64,000 bases of DNA from a candidate division WWE3 bacterium (lineage in GTDB: Bacteria; Patescibacteriota; WWE3; UBA101185; UBA10185): contig JACPGI010000004.1 of NCBI GenBank assembly GCA_016182565.1, positions 110,223-174,222 of the forward strand, given 5' to 3'. The first letter of the stretch is position 1, and the number at the start of each line of letters is the position of its first letter. The notes below the pieces were generated by a model. That model was not told the origin of the DNA. It did no database searches and saw only the letters and a program-made list of their open reading frames with translations. Positions 30,526 to 40,223 of the stretch are shown one piece after another. A program made the position numbers and the translations under genes.

Positions 30526-31581
30526 CTAAATACTTCTTTCCGTGATCTGGTATATGACGACATCCGGTTTTTCTTGATCGATAAGGTTTTGGTCAGTTCC
30601 ACCTGAGTTTGACTTTATTAAAACCTCTTTGAAGTGAAGCTTAATAAAGTTTACTGCTCCCCAAGGATATTTTGGATCAAAGAATGAATCTACATATATA
30701 ACTGCTTTATTTATTTTATTTTTTTCTTGCAACTTATTTTTATATACCGTTTCTTTTAAGTTAAATATATAATCATCCTCTTTTGTATCTAACAGTAGAT
30801 TTTTTGCAATATCCCCTCTAAACGAGTTCTCACTGTTTACGATATCAAAGTCCTGTTCTTCCAAAATCTGAATGTTTGGGTATTTAATTTTAATTTTTTT
30901 CATTATTTCTTGGTAGCCTATAAAGCTTCCGTACTGATTCCAATGAGTGTCAGTTTTAAAGTATAACTGATGGTAGTTTTTTGCCTGTTTCAGGGGGTTT
31001 AGAAGGTTTAATTCACTTGGCTCACCTAGCTCACTTAATACCTGTAACCTTTGATCAAGCCTTGGGCTTCTTAGGTCTTTTTTGTCTATAACAGGTAGAT
31101 ATTCCGGATAAATTGAATGTTTATCCGGAGTTACCACAGTTATGTAAAGTATATTTTTTTCTGCAAGTAGTTTTGAGGTGTTTGATGTCGTTGCTTTGAT
31201 TGAGTCAAGCCAATAGTTTGTATATGCCCCACGTTTCCAGCTGTCAAAAAGCCCAGGTCCAAAAAATAACCAATCATCCCTTCCTTGCACAGCATTTGCG
31301 GTGTTGGAGTAACCAAAGTATTTGAGTGTATATTTATTATTAAGTCGTATCAGTGTTTCTCTAAAACCAAAACTCTTGTTAAAAGCTTTTTCAAAGGAAT
31401 CAATAAATTCTACTATATCTCTTGTATCAAATATGGGTAATTTAAATTCTGGTTCATTTGCAATTGTTACACTTGGCTTTATTACATGATATTTCATTTG
31501 TACTGCCGGAAGCCATAAAACAATACAAAATACTAAAACTAAAAGAATATTTGGTATTTGCTTCAAATAATTAGTTGGCAT
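30526..31581 (-). CDS. DHHW-family (AlgJ/AlgX/PatB-like) polysaccharide O-acyltransferase partner
   Basis: N-terminal TM anchor; 'TDTHWNQYG' DHHW motif; adjacent to MBOAT gene. Confidence 0.7.
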   Translation of the reverse strand: MPTNYLKQIPNILLVLVFCIVLWLPAVQMKYHVIKPSVTIANEPEFKLPIFDTRDIVEFIDSFEKAFNKSFGFRETLIRLNNKYTLKYFGYSNTANAVQGRDDWLFFGPGLFDSWKRGAYTNYWLDSIKATTSNTSKLLAEKNILYITVVTPDKHSIYPEYLPVIDKKDLRSPRLDQRLQVLSELGEPSELNLLNPLKQAKNYHQLYFKTDTHWNQYGSFIGYQEIMKKIKIKYPNIQILEEQDFDIVNSENSFRGDIAKNLLLDTKEDDYIFNLKETVYKNKLQEKNKINKAVIYVDSFFDPKYPWGAVNFIKLHFKEVLIKSNSGGTDQNLIDQEKPDVVIYQITERSI

Positions 31582-31582
31582 C

Positions 31583-33025
31583 TTAAAATCTATAATAAAT
31601 AAATGGATTATATGTGTTGCTTGCTATTAAAATTATAGATAGGAAGAAAAGTAGTACTAGTGAAGAATTGTATACAACTGTACCAAAAAAACTAAAACCT
31701 GATATTTTAAATTGAGTACCAAAAGCTGCCTCTAATTTAGTTTTTAAAAAAGATAGAATTGGAGCAGAAAACAAAACTCCTAATATTAGTGCAAGGTAAA
31801 AATCCGAGCCGATAAAGAGGTTCTGAATGTAACTACCGTCATTAAGCCCCAACATCGTCCAGAGATATTTTAGGGCATATTTGAGATTATCCGCTCTAAA
31901 AAATACCCAACCAACAATTACAACAACTATTGCATATAATCTTCTCAGGATATCTGGAAATCTGTTTAGAAAATCTAATAGTCCTGCTTTTTCAATTACC
32001 AAAAAACCTCCATGCCAAAGCCCCCAGACAAGAAAACTCCAACTTGCACCGTGCCAAAAACCACACAGTGTGAAAATTATAAAAAGATTTATGTATGTTC
32101 TTAACTTTCCTCCTTTGCTACCACCAAGTGGGATGTAAAGATAATCTTTAAACCATGCCGAAAGCGACATGTGCCATCTTCGCCAAAACTCTGTGATTGA
32201 TTTTGAAATGTATGGGAAATTAAAGTTTTCGGGAAATTCAAAACCTAACATCCTACCTAACCCAATTGCCATGTCAGAATAACCAGAAAAATCAAAATAG
32301 ATTTGAATCGTATAACCAATGATGCCAAGCCATGCTGTAGATGCTGATATATTTATGGGGTTTAATGTAAATATTTGATCAACTATTGTGGCAACAGTGT
32401 TTGCAATTATTACCTTCTTGGCAAGTCCTAAAATAAATATTTCAACCCCAGAAACAAACCTTTTGAATTCGATTCGCCTATTTATAAGCTGGTCCATGAT
32501 AGTGTGGTATCTGATAATAGGGCCTGCAATAAGCTGAGGGAACATTGCTATATATAAAGCCATATCCGTAAGCTTTTTTAAGGGTTTTTGCCCCCAATAA
32601 ACATCTAATATATAGGATAGTGAGTGAAACGTGTAAAAAGATATCCCAGCAACAAGGTGAATAGATGAACTAAAGGTGAGTAAATTTTCCGACAGTGTTA
32701 CAAAATTTCCTACTGAATTTACTATAAAACCTAAATATTTAAAAAATACAAGAAGTCCTAGGTTTAATATCACCGCTATAACAAGAAAAATCTTTGCTAA
32801 TCGATAATTCCCGTTAACTTTGGATGAGTCAATAAATCTTGCTATAAGATAGTTAATTATGATCGAACCAAGCATTATCAGACTATAATTTTTCTCACCC
32901 CAGTAGTAAAAAACTAAGCTTGCGATAAGTAAAAATAAGTTTTTCCACCGATAAGGAGTTAGAAGGTAAATAGTTAAAACTATAGGCAAAAATAGAAATA
33001 AAAAAAACGCCGAGCTAAATACCAT
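31583..33025 (-). CDS. MBOAT-family membrane O-acyltransferase (AlgI/DltB/PatA-like)
   Basis: 'WRRWHMSLSAWFKDYLYIPLGG' with conserved His; ~11 TM. Confidence 0.85.
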   Translation of the reverse strand: MVFSSAFFLFLFLPIVLTIYLLTPYRWKNLFLLIASLVFYYWGEKNYSLIMLGSIIINYLIARFIDSSKVNGNYRLAKIFLVIAVILNLGLLVFFKYLGFIVNSVGNFVTLSENLLTFSSSIHLVAGISFYTFHSLSYILDVYWGQKPLKKLTDMALYIAMFPQLIAGPIIRYHTIMDQLINRRIEFKRFVSGVEIFILGLAKKVIIANTVATIVDQIFTLNPINISASTAWLGIIGYTIQIYFDFSGYSDMAIGLGRMLGFEFPENFNFPYISKSITEFWRRWHMSLSAWFKDYLYIPLGGSKGGKLRTYINLFIIFTLCGFWHGASWSFLVWGLWHGGFLVIEKAGLLDFLNRFPDILRRLYAIVVVIVGWVFFRADNLKYALKYLWTMLGLNDGSYIQNLFIGSDFYLALILGVLFSAPILSFLKTKLEAAFGTQFKISGFSFFGTVVYNSSLVLLFFLSIILIASNTYNPFIYYRF

Positions 33026-33093
33026 TTTTAGAGTATAAACCCATAATAATTCATTTTAAAGATTTATTTTGTGAGGGTCTTGAAATTTAAACT

Positions 33094-33489
33094 TCATTGC
33101 ATGCTATTGTTTGGGATAAAAAACCTACCCGGACAATGTATTAGCATATCTTTTACTTCAACAGCGCTTTCTACTTGGACGGTTTTGTGGTACGAAACTT
33201 GTATTCTGTCATTGCCTTGGCATTTCCACTCTACTTTAATTTTGGGTGTGCATTCTGGAGTTGATTTTATTGTGTTAGTGACAAGTGTGCATGTGTCTAA
33301 ACCATCGCAGTTTTTTTTCATTTCATTTGTGATATCACTATAGTTTTCTTTTTCACACCCATCTAGATATGTGCTGTTAATTATTGAAATACGATCCGTT
33401 TGCCAAAAATAAGTTGAAGTAAATACTACAAGTGATAGTGCAATAACTGTAAATATTATTAGATATGTATACACAAGTAGTTTATTCAT
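33094..33489 (-). CDS. small secreted Cys-containing hypothetical protein
   Basis: N-terminal TM/signal; 131 aa; 4-nt overlap with upstream membrane protein gene. Confidence 0.5.
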   Translation of the reverse strand: MNKLLVYTYLIIFTVIALSLVVFTSTYFWQTDRISIINSTYLDGCEKENYSDITNEMKKNCDGLDTCTLVTNTIKSTPECTPKIKVEWKCQGNDRIQVSYHKTVQVESAVEVKDMLIHCPGRFFIPNNSMQ

Positions 33490-34772
33490 GGTAGATAGTC
33501 TCGAATAATTTTTTTGAATTCATCCTTGAACGAAAATCCATATATTTGAAGAAGTAAAATAATGGCAAGAAGAAACGCCCACATTTGACTGTGAGTGTCG
33601 CTTATGACGACCCCCTGATTCCATGGATAATAAGGTATTTTGAGATTAAATATTGAAAGGCTCATCTGATATCTTACTAATGAGGCAATATTTGCACCGG
33701 AAACCGCCGCTAAATGCAGGTAGCTTACTAAAAAGTAGATTAATGGAATTAAATTTTTATAAAATACTGCCATAGCTACAAGAGGAACAGCTAAATATTG
33801 ATTTGCTATAGACGGTGAAAAAACGAACATTGCAAGTAGGTAAAGGGGGAATAAATATTTAACATCTTTAATTTTACTTATCGTAAGCACTCCGTACGTA
33901 ATAATCCCACCCACGAAGAAAAGTGTGTAATCTTTAAGAATAGGTAAAAAGGAAAACAATTTGAGTATGTATTGGTGCGGTAGAAAGAGTTGAAGAAGTT
34001 GTGCAAAACCAGAGTTCCCGTACAAACCACCGGCGCGGTAGTCAAAAACAAACATCTTAATATTTCTAAAGGTTATTGCGGCAGGATGATAGGAATCTCT
34101 TAAGATTTCTATTCCAAACAGACCAAAAAAGATAAAGTAAACAATTGCAATGTATAGTGTCATTTCCTTTAGGCTAAATAGTTTTTGTTTTCTATGAAGC
34201 AAGAATAGATATACGGGGAAAAAGAAGAAAATATGCTTGATGCCGGTGCTAAATCCTAAAATAAGAGCAGATAAATAAAAAAGTTTTTTGTATGAGGAAT
34301 TTTGCCCTTTGTAGTATTTGATAGCCTGTAAGTAAAGAAACCAACTTATAAGTCCAAACATAACAACTGTACCTGAAATCTGTGAATGATAGCCTGTAAT
34401 CAAAAGGGATACCGGGTTAAGTAGAAATATTAAAGCAATTTTCCAGTCGTATATTTTCCATAGAAGTAGACTAGTTATTGTGTCAGCAAGTGCCAAAAAA
34501 GAAACTATTACTACATGAAAACTAAACATGTCATGAAGCGAGAATTTGTTTAAAAACATAGCAACAAAATAAAGAACATAGGATCTTATTGGGCCATGGT
34601 TATAGAATTGAGTATAAGTATAAACACTTCTTCCTTTGGTAAATCCCTCAAGCATACCTTCAGAAACATATTTCCAAATTTCCATGTCATTGTTATATCC
34701 AAGAATTGCGATGGTAAGTTTTAGGAAGTAAACAAATAGTGCAATTATGGTAAATATATAAATCTTTTTCAT
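33486..34772 (-). CDS. polytopic membrane protein, possible GT-C glycosyltransferase (DUF2029-like)
   Basis: ~11 TM helices with cytoplasmic/extracytoplasmic loops pattern. Confidence 0.35.
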   Translation of the reverse strand: MKKIYIFTIIALFVYFLKLTIAILGYNNDMEIWKYVSEGMLEGFTKGRSVYTYTQFYNHGPIRSYVLYFVAMFLNKFSLHDMFSFHVVIVSFLALADTITSLLLWKIYDWKIALIFLLNPVSLLITGYHSQISGTVVMFGLISWFLYLQAIKYYKGQNSSYKKLFYLSALILGFSTGIKHIFFFFPVYLFLLHRKQKLFSLKEMTLYIAIVYFIFFGLFGIEILRDSYHPAAITFRNIKMFVFDYRAGGLYGNSGFAQLLQLFLPHQYILKLFSFLPILKDYTLFFVGGIITYGVLTISKIKDVKYLFPLYLLAMFVFSPSIANQYLAVPLVAMAVFYKNLIPLIYFLVSYLHLAAVSGANIASLVRYQMSLSIFNLKIPYYPWNQGVVISDTHSQMWAFLLAIILLLQIYGFSFKDEFKKIIRDYLP

Positions 34773-34796
34773 TTTTTATAATATAATTTTTTGCAA

Positions 34797-35939
34797 TTAC
34801 AGATGTGTGCCATCCATATTATAGTCATTTGTAGCAAGCGGCAGTGAAAAAAATACTTTTGTCCCATGTTCCAAGCTACTTTCCAGCCATATTTTTCCGT
34901 TATGTTGATCTATAATTTTCTTGCTTAGATAAAGTCCCAAACCTACACCGTTTTCCATATCTAGTGCTTTTTTAACTCTATAGAATCTTTCAAATAAAAA
35001 CTTAATATTTTCTCTTGGAATTCCTTTTCCCGAATCTTCAATCGAAACAGTGACTGTATCCTTTTCACGTATCAATAGGATTTTGATATAACCAGTCTCG
35101 GTAAATTTTATAGCATTATCAATCAGGTTCTCAAGAACTATCTTTATTCTTGTTGCGTCCCCCATCACATTTGGAAGTTTTATTGGCGAAGGTGCATATA
35201 TAACTTTAAGTTTTTTTGCATAAGCTTGGGGGCGGAGCTTTACTAATACCAGTTCTACAGCTTTATCAAGGTCCATTGGTACTAACTTCATTTCATATCC
35301 CCCACTTTGTATCTGGCCAAGCTCCAACAAGTTTTCTACAATGGACACCAAATCGTTCACACTTTTTACTGCTCCATCAAGAAAAGATTGTTCGTTGGTA
35401 TCAAGTTTTTGCTTTGTTGTTTCTTTTTCCAGAAAAGATAGGTACCCTTTTATTTCTGATAGTGGGGTTCGTAGGGTATGTCCGGCCATTGCAGTAAAAT
35501 CAAGTTTTGTTCGATCAAGATCAGCCTTTTGAAATAGATCTTCAAGAATTATAATGCACCCAACATCTATTGATTCGCCGCCCTTAATACGACGTGAGGT
35601 TATATTTATGGGCTTTATTTGGCCCCCCTTGTCTTGAAGCCCGATGTTGGTTTTTTGATAGACTACACCATCAATATCTACTGTTATGGTGGGGCAAAAT
35701 GTGTCAGTTGGAACAGACTGCTCGTTTTCTATAATTTTTAATGTTTCTGATATTGGGGTGCCAATCACATTGGTTGTACCAAATCCAGTTAGTCTTCCTG
35801 CAGCGTCATTAATAATGGACACATTTTGCTTTGTATCTACAACAATAACTCCCTCTTTTATGCTTGATATAACATTTCTTAGTTTTGTTTTTTCGATTTC
35901 GATTAGTGGCTGGTTGGAGGAATTAATACTGGGAAGCAT
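34797..35939 (-). CDS. PAS-domain sensor histidine kinase (cytoplasmic)
   Basis: H-box 'AGHTLRTPL', 'NLIDNAIKFT', 'DSGKGI', 'GVGLGLYLSKK'. Confidence 0.9.
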   Translation of the reverse strand: MLPSINSSNQPLIEIEKTKLRNVISSIKEGVIVVDTKQNVSIINDAAGRLTGFGTTNVIGTPISETLKIIENEQSVPTDTFCPTITVDIDGVVYQKTNIGLQDKGGQIKPINITSRRIKGGESIDVGCIIILEDLFQKADLDRTKLDFTAMAGHTLRTPLSEIKGYLSFLEKETTKQKLDTNEQSFLDGAVKSVNDLVSIVENLLELGQIQSGGYEMKLVPMDLDKAVELVLVKLRPQAYAKKLKVIYAPSPIKLPNVMGDATRIKIVLENLIDNAIKFTETGYIKILLIREKDTVTVSIEDSGKGIPRENIKFLFERFYRVKKALDMENGVGLGLYLSKKIIDQHNGKIWLESSLEHGTKVFFSLPLATNDYNMDGTHL

Positions 35940-36113
35940 ACAAAAATTATAGCAGAGTTCTTTTAGGACATTTAAAGTTGATTTAAAGATTTATGCAAAA
36001 CACGTAATTTATGAAGGAACACTAAGGGAAAGAAAAGATTTCATAAAAGAATTAAACACCGAGCTATTTTTACATAACAAATGTGTAATAGAAAAACCCT
36101 TATCTTATGAAAG

Positions 36114-36659
36114 TTAGTTCAGTTGCTCCTTTTCTAAAAGCTCATATAAATCATTACAGGTAGAGTCTATCTTTTTTATAAATGTTTTAATGATCTTTGG
36201 ACTTAATATTTCCTTAGTAAATGTTATGAAACCAGATTCTTTTGAAGGTTTAATCTTTACTCTCACATAATCGCCTTTCTCGAGAGTATTCCAGTTTGCA
36301 TGTGCAACCTTGTTTCTAAATTCAACTAGTTCGATCATTGCTTGTTTTATTTTTTTCAATAAATCTTTATTTTTAGACTCCATCGCTGACATATATTGAT
36401 ATAAAAGATCTGAAAATATAGTAATCTTTTCCACCATTTCCATATTACGAATAAGCACATAGCCAATGTCATGAGATCCATCCCCAATTAATTCGGCTAA
36501 GGAAGTATTCAGATCGTGTTCAAACTGACTAAAGGATATAAAGAAATTACCGATTAGAGGAGCAATAAGTCTTCTTCTTTTTTCAATATAGTCACTATCG
36601 TAATAATCGTACTGTTCCAAATTTTCAATTTTAATAGGATTTAGTGATTTATAGGGCAT
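36114..36659 (-). CDS. hypothetical protein with Rx4H 'RNKVAH' motif (HEPN-like; possible Abi-type RNase)
   Basis: 181 aa; 'VEFRNKVAHANW' fits HEPN Rx4-6H motif in a predicted alpha-helical context. Confidence 0.4.
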   Translation of the reverse strand: MPYKSLNPIKIENLEQYDYYDSDYIEKRRRLIAPLIGNFFISFSQFEHDLNTSLAELIGDGSHDIGYVLIRNMEMVEKITIFSDLLYQYMSAMESKNKDLLKKIKQAMIELVEFRNKVAHANWNTLEKGDYVRVKIKPSKESGFITFTKEILSPKIIKTFIKKIDSTCNDLYELLEKEQLN

Positions 36660-36732
36660 CTGGGTCTATGTTTTTTAAGTATACTTTGGCTGGGCACTTG
36701 GGAACTTGTTGGAACTTTACTACTAGCTAAAA

Positions 36733-37323
36733 CTATCTGATTTTCTGCAAATCCTTTCCATATTTCTGAAATGCAAACTTTTCATAGGTTTTATCTTTCG
36801 GCAACTCTTCAAAATATCTTGTTAAACGAATCTTGGTCATGAAATCTTCTGATGACCTAATGCTTTTAGCTAATTCAGTTCCTACTAATTTGAACAAGTA
36901 ATTAAACGGGACATAGGTAGGTACTAGTATGTTCAGTAAATATCTGACTAATAAAAATAGTATTAATAAAGGAATAGATTTAAGAAAAAGGTATGCAATC
37001 AATACCCCAGTAGATACAGCATTGATATAAACTAACACACCAATATTCGGGGAGGTCATTAGTAATTGCAATAAATGCACTGGTTGAGCAAATTCCGATA
37101 ATTTTGCTATTCTAGCAACGGTTAAAGTAATTCTTTGATATTCAAAAGTTGTATTAAAAATTGAAATATCAAAATAGCTTAAGCAAATCATAACCCAAAG
37201 GGGTATTTCTTTTATATTGGGAAAAAGTACAGTAATTAGGAGTGCTAAACCAAAAGTAAGTATTGTAGCTATATTTGCGAGTATCATATCACTGATTTTA
37301 CTACCTTGAACCAATTCTAGCAC
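36733..37323 (-). CDS. 5-TM membrane protein (hypothetical)
   Basis: hydrophobic helices through residue ~130 then charged C-terminal tail. Confidence 0.45.
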   Translation of the reverse strand: MLELVQGSKISDMILANIATILTFGLALLITVLFPNIKEIPLWVMICLSYFDISIFNTTFEYQRITLTVARIAKLSEFAQPVHLLQLLMTSPNIGVLVYINAVSTGVLIAYLFLKSIPLLILFLLVRYLLNILVPTYVPFNYLFKLVGTELAKSIRSSEDFMTKIRLTRYFEELPKDKTYEKFAFQKYGKDLQKIR

Positions 37324-37326
37324 TAT

Positions 37327-37929
37327 TTAGTACAATTTTTTGTACGTTATTTCTTCTGTGCTAAGCATAAGAAAGATTGCACAGAATGAGTTTTTTGGAA
37401 TAATAATGCTTTTTTTAATGTAGTCGTAATTCACGAATATATTACCTATATCTGTACTATTAGGTTTATTTTTATCATAACTATTCGTAGGTACTACAAT
37501 CAAACTGACTTCTCCTGACCTATATCCTCCCGAAACCTTGTTGATATAAGTAACTAGGTCTTCATTAAATGTACCAAGGTTATGTATAGGAAATTTTTTA
37601 ACCTGAAACGCAAAAGCAGTTGGGTCATGTTTATCAATGGTACCTTTTACTAATCCAAAATCTACAGGTGTATTCTCATTTAGCATTTTTCTAATAATAT
37701 CGTTGGTTTCTTCAGGAGTTGGTTTAAAGTTTCTACTAAGGTTTCTTATATCATTCTTTATCTCAAAAGCTATACAAAAGGGAGAATTATAGCTCTTTTC
37801 TAAATTCCTTTTCATGTGTATGCTTACGGCGAATTCATAATCCTTGGAATTTATACCCTTTCCGTATTTTTCAAGAGCATTTATAAGGGCTTCTTCTGTT
37901 ACTAAAAAAACATTATTTTTATCGTACAT
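37327..37929 (-). CDS. hypothetical protein (first gene of a 3-gene minus-strand cluster)
   Basis: 200-aa ORF, 3-nt gap to downstream membrane protein gene. Confidence 0.45.
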   Translation of the reverse strand: MYDKNNVFLVTEEALINALEKYGKGINSKDYEFAVSIHMKRNLEKSYNSPFCIAFEIKNDIRNLSRNFKPTPEETNDIIRKMLNENTPVDFGLVKGTIDKHDPTAFAFQVKKFPIHNLGTFNEDLVTYINKVSGGYRSGEVSLIVVPTNSYDKNKPNSTDIGNIFVNYDYIKKSIIIPKNSFCAIFLMLSTEEITYKKLY

Positions 37930-38005
37930 AGTAGTATTAACTAATTTAAATAAGTTTACGCTTCATAATGTTTACTGGCTGAAAGTTGGGAACTTGTTTA
38001 TATAT

Positions 38006-38467
38006 TTATAAGTTTGCAATCTTCTTGGTAAACTCAGCTGGATACTTAACTTTAAGTAATTCCGAAGCTTCATTAGGAGTAAACCATGAAAACTCTACAT
38101 GTTCCTCACTTAGCATTATATTGGGGTTTTTCTTAAGTTCGCACAGATATATACCCAGAATTAACCCAATAGTATCAGTTCCTTGGGGTATTCGGATATT
38201 GGATACAACCATATCAAGTTTGGTAAATGATTTAATCTCTGTAATACCTGTTTCCTCTTCAACCTCTCTCTTTAATGTTTCTTCTATGGTACAACCTTTT
38301 TGCACTCTTCCGCCTGGTATATCCCAATAAGCTCCAAGTGAGTGATTCGATAACTTTTCTAAGTTAACCTTAAGTAAAAGTATTTCACCTTTAGAATTTC
38401 TTATTAAAGCTTTTATACCTAAGTGATACGTTTCTTCTTTCATAGTTTTAAAATGCATGAACCTCAA
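38006..38467 (-). CDS. Nudix hydrolase
   Basis: Nudix box 'GGRVQKGCTIEETLKREVEEETGI'. Confidence 0.8.
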   Translation of the reverse strand: MRFMHFKTMKEETYHLGIKALIRNSKGEILLLKVNLEKLSNHSLGAYWDIPGGRVQKGCTIEETLKREVEEETGITEIKSFTKLDMVVSNIRIPQGTDTIGLILGIYLCELKKNPNIMLSEEHVEFSWFTPNEASELLKVKYPAEFTKKIANL

Positions 38468-38996
38468 TTACATGGTCTAAACGTGGAGCTATTTTTGTTC
38501 TCATAAAATCTTTATACAATTGTTCCTCGAACTCCTTAATATAATCTATCTTAAAACCAGCTTTTTCTAAATGTTCCTTTATAGTTTCAGGTGTGTGGAA
38601 ATATCTCACTCCAGTACCAATTATATTCTTGTTTTCGTCTCTGTAGAAAACTTTTGTTAATCTAGTAATAGGGTCATATTCAATATCAGGTTTATTTCTA
38701 TCAACATTTTTCTCTGACCTAACAACAATAAATAAATGACCTGTTGATTTTAAAGATTTTTTAAAATTATTTAAAACATTATCCAATTCTTGAAAACTTA
38801 GATAATGAAGAACTAATCTAGCATAAATATAATCAAAGTAATTAGCTGGATAGGGATACTCTTTTGTTAAATCTTCTATTTTAGTCTCTATTTGTTTATC
38901 TAAACCTAATTCTTTGATGTTTGCGATTGAGAAATCAAGACCTTCTGTATCTATTGTTGTAGCGATTATTTTAGAATTTAAATTAGCTTTCGCCAT
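38448..38996 (-). CDS. SAM-dependent methyltransferase-like protein (N-terminal motif I region very short or truncated)
   Basis: 'KSTGHLFIVVRSE' methyltransferase motif; only ~20 in-frame codons available upstream before a stop. Confidence 0.5.
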   Translation of the reverse strand: MAKANLNSKIIATTIDTEGLDFSIANIKELGLDKQIETKIEDLTKEYPYPANYFDYIYARLVLHYLSFQELDNVLNNFKKSLKSTGHLFIVVRSEKNVDRNKPDIEYDPITRLTKVFYRDENKNIIGTGVRYFHTPETIKEHLEKAGFKIDYIKEFEEQLYKDFMRTKIAPRLDHVIEVHAF

Positions 38997-39236
38997 TCTA
39001 ATCTCTGCAAAACCACCTGAACTATACCAGGACTTAATATATTTAAATCTGTATCTCTAACAAAGAAATTCCATGTTCCTCACTTATTGAAGGTTTTGCA
39101 CCTAACTGTTTTAATTGTTCTTCGATAGTAACCACCATACGCTAATAATATCATAGAAACTTCCCCAACACATAAAAGCAAACAACCACAGCGTAAGCTG
39201 TGATAAAATCCAACCAGTGTTGGGGAGTTTCGGATT

Positions 39237-39980
39237 ATGCAAATCGCTGATATAACAATCATAAGCAGGGGTGAACCACCTGAGCTTATAGAACAACCTA
39301 ATAAAAGCACCATTAGCCTACTTTCAATATTGTTAAATAGTAGGTATTTTAATGATTTTGTAACTTCATTTATTGATAAATATGCTATAGAGCAGGAAGA
39401 TATTAAACCTAACCTTAGCAAAGTTATAAATGACCTAGAAAACTGCTCTAAATACCCTGAAATTAGCACTGTAGTAGATGTTTTGGGGTTATCTAGTGAC
39501 TTTGTACCTGATTTTTACTTATTAACCAAATATAGAGCATTTAGAGATATTGGTAACTACTTTTCTATAAACTATAGAAGCACAGTATGGCATTTAAAGA
39601 TTGATTCAGAGGAAGCGATAAAAGAAAAAAGAGAGATAAGTGGGATTATATTCAAAAACAAAGTATCCAAAAGGGAAATGCTTAATTGGGTAAATGAAAA
39701 TTGGGAATGGGTCGAACCAAACATGGCGGAATTACCTGTAAATCCCTTTGTGATTACTGATTTTAAGGACATAGAACTCGCCAGCGAGATATACGACCTA
39801 AATAAACAAGGTATGAAACCTACACAAATACTTAAAGCTTTAAGTACTAAATACCAAGATAATCAGCAAATATACGATAATCTATCGCTTGAACTTGTTA
39901 AAAACAAACTTAAACGCTTTAGAAATCTACTAAACAAAAGAGAACCTTGGTTTCAGAAAACTGAAATTATATACGAATAG
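39237..39980 (+). CDS. module-associated hypothetical protein X1 (paralog of 45481-46272)
   Basis: N-terminus 'MQIADITIISRGEPPELIEQP' vs 'MGIDEIKILKNLNPIELTPEK'; 'REMLNWVNENWEWVEP' vs 'KQMVLDWVGKHWEETIE'. Confidence 0.65.
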   Translation: MQIADITIISRGEPPELIEQPNKSTISLLSILLNSRYFNDFVTSFIDKYAIEQEDIKPNLSKVINDLENCSKYPEISTVVDVLGLSSDFVPDFYLLTKYRAFRDIGNYFSINYRSTVWHLKIDSEEAIKEKREISGIIFKNKVSKREMLNWVNENWEWVEPNMAELPVNPFVITDFKDIELASEIYDLNKQGMKPTQILKALSTKYQDNQQIYDNLSLELVKNKLKRFRNLLNKREPWFQKTEIIYE

Positions 39981-40043
39981 GGCCACTAAAAAATATTTTA
40001 CTGATACCTAAGCTTTACTGTTTTAGCTTTATTCTCCCTCGTA

Positions 40044-40223
40044 ATGAGGGATTTAATCAAACCCACAACTGAAGATATTGAGCAAATAAAAACCTTTTTT
40101 AAAGAAAGATATGGGGTTTTATTAACTGATGAAGAAGCAAAAGAAGCGTTTATCTCACTTTATTACTTAGGAAAAGCGCTATACAGATATAACAACTTAT
40201 CAGAGAGGATTTTAAATGGTTGA
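40044..40223 (+). CDS. conserved small module protein (59 aa; paralog of 46300-46482); not in supplied ORF track
   Basis: hand translation 'MRDLIKPTTEDIEQIKTFFKERYGVLLTDEEAKEAFISLYYLGKALYRY...' aligns with 'IPTKEELQHLKCFLEAKFGVAFTNSEVLESYYSLTHLGKAIYLF'. Confidence 0.6.
   Translation: MRDLIKPTTEDIEQIKTFFKERYGVLLTDEEAKEAFISLYYLGKALYRYNNLSERILNG

Noticed and set aside
39080-39469. 129-aa minus-strand ORF (and a nested 61-aa ORF)
   Set aside because: It overlaps the start of the X1 gene, which is supported by paralogy with X2. It is Cys/Leu-rich with no features and lies in the hairpin-containing junction region.
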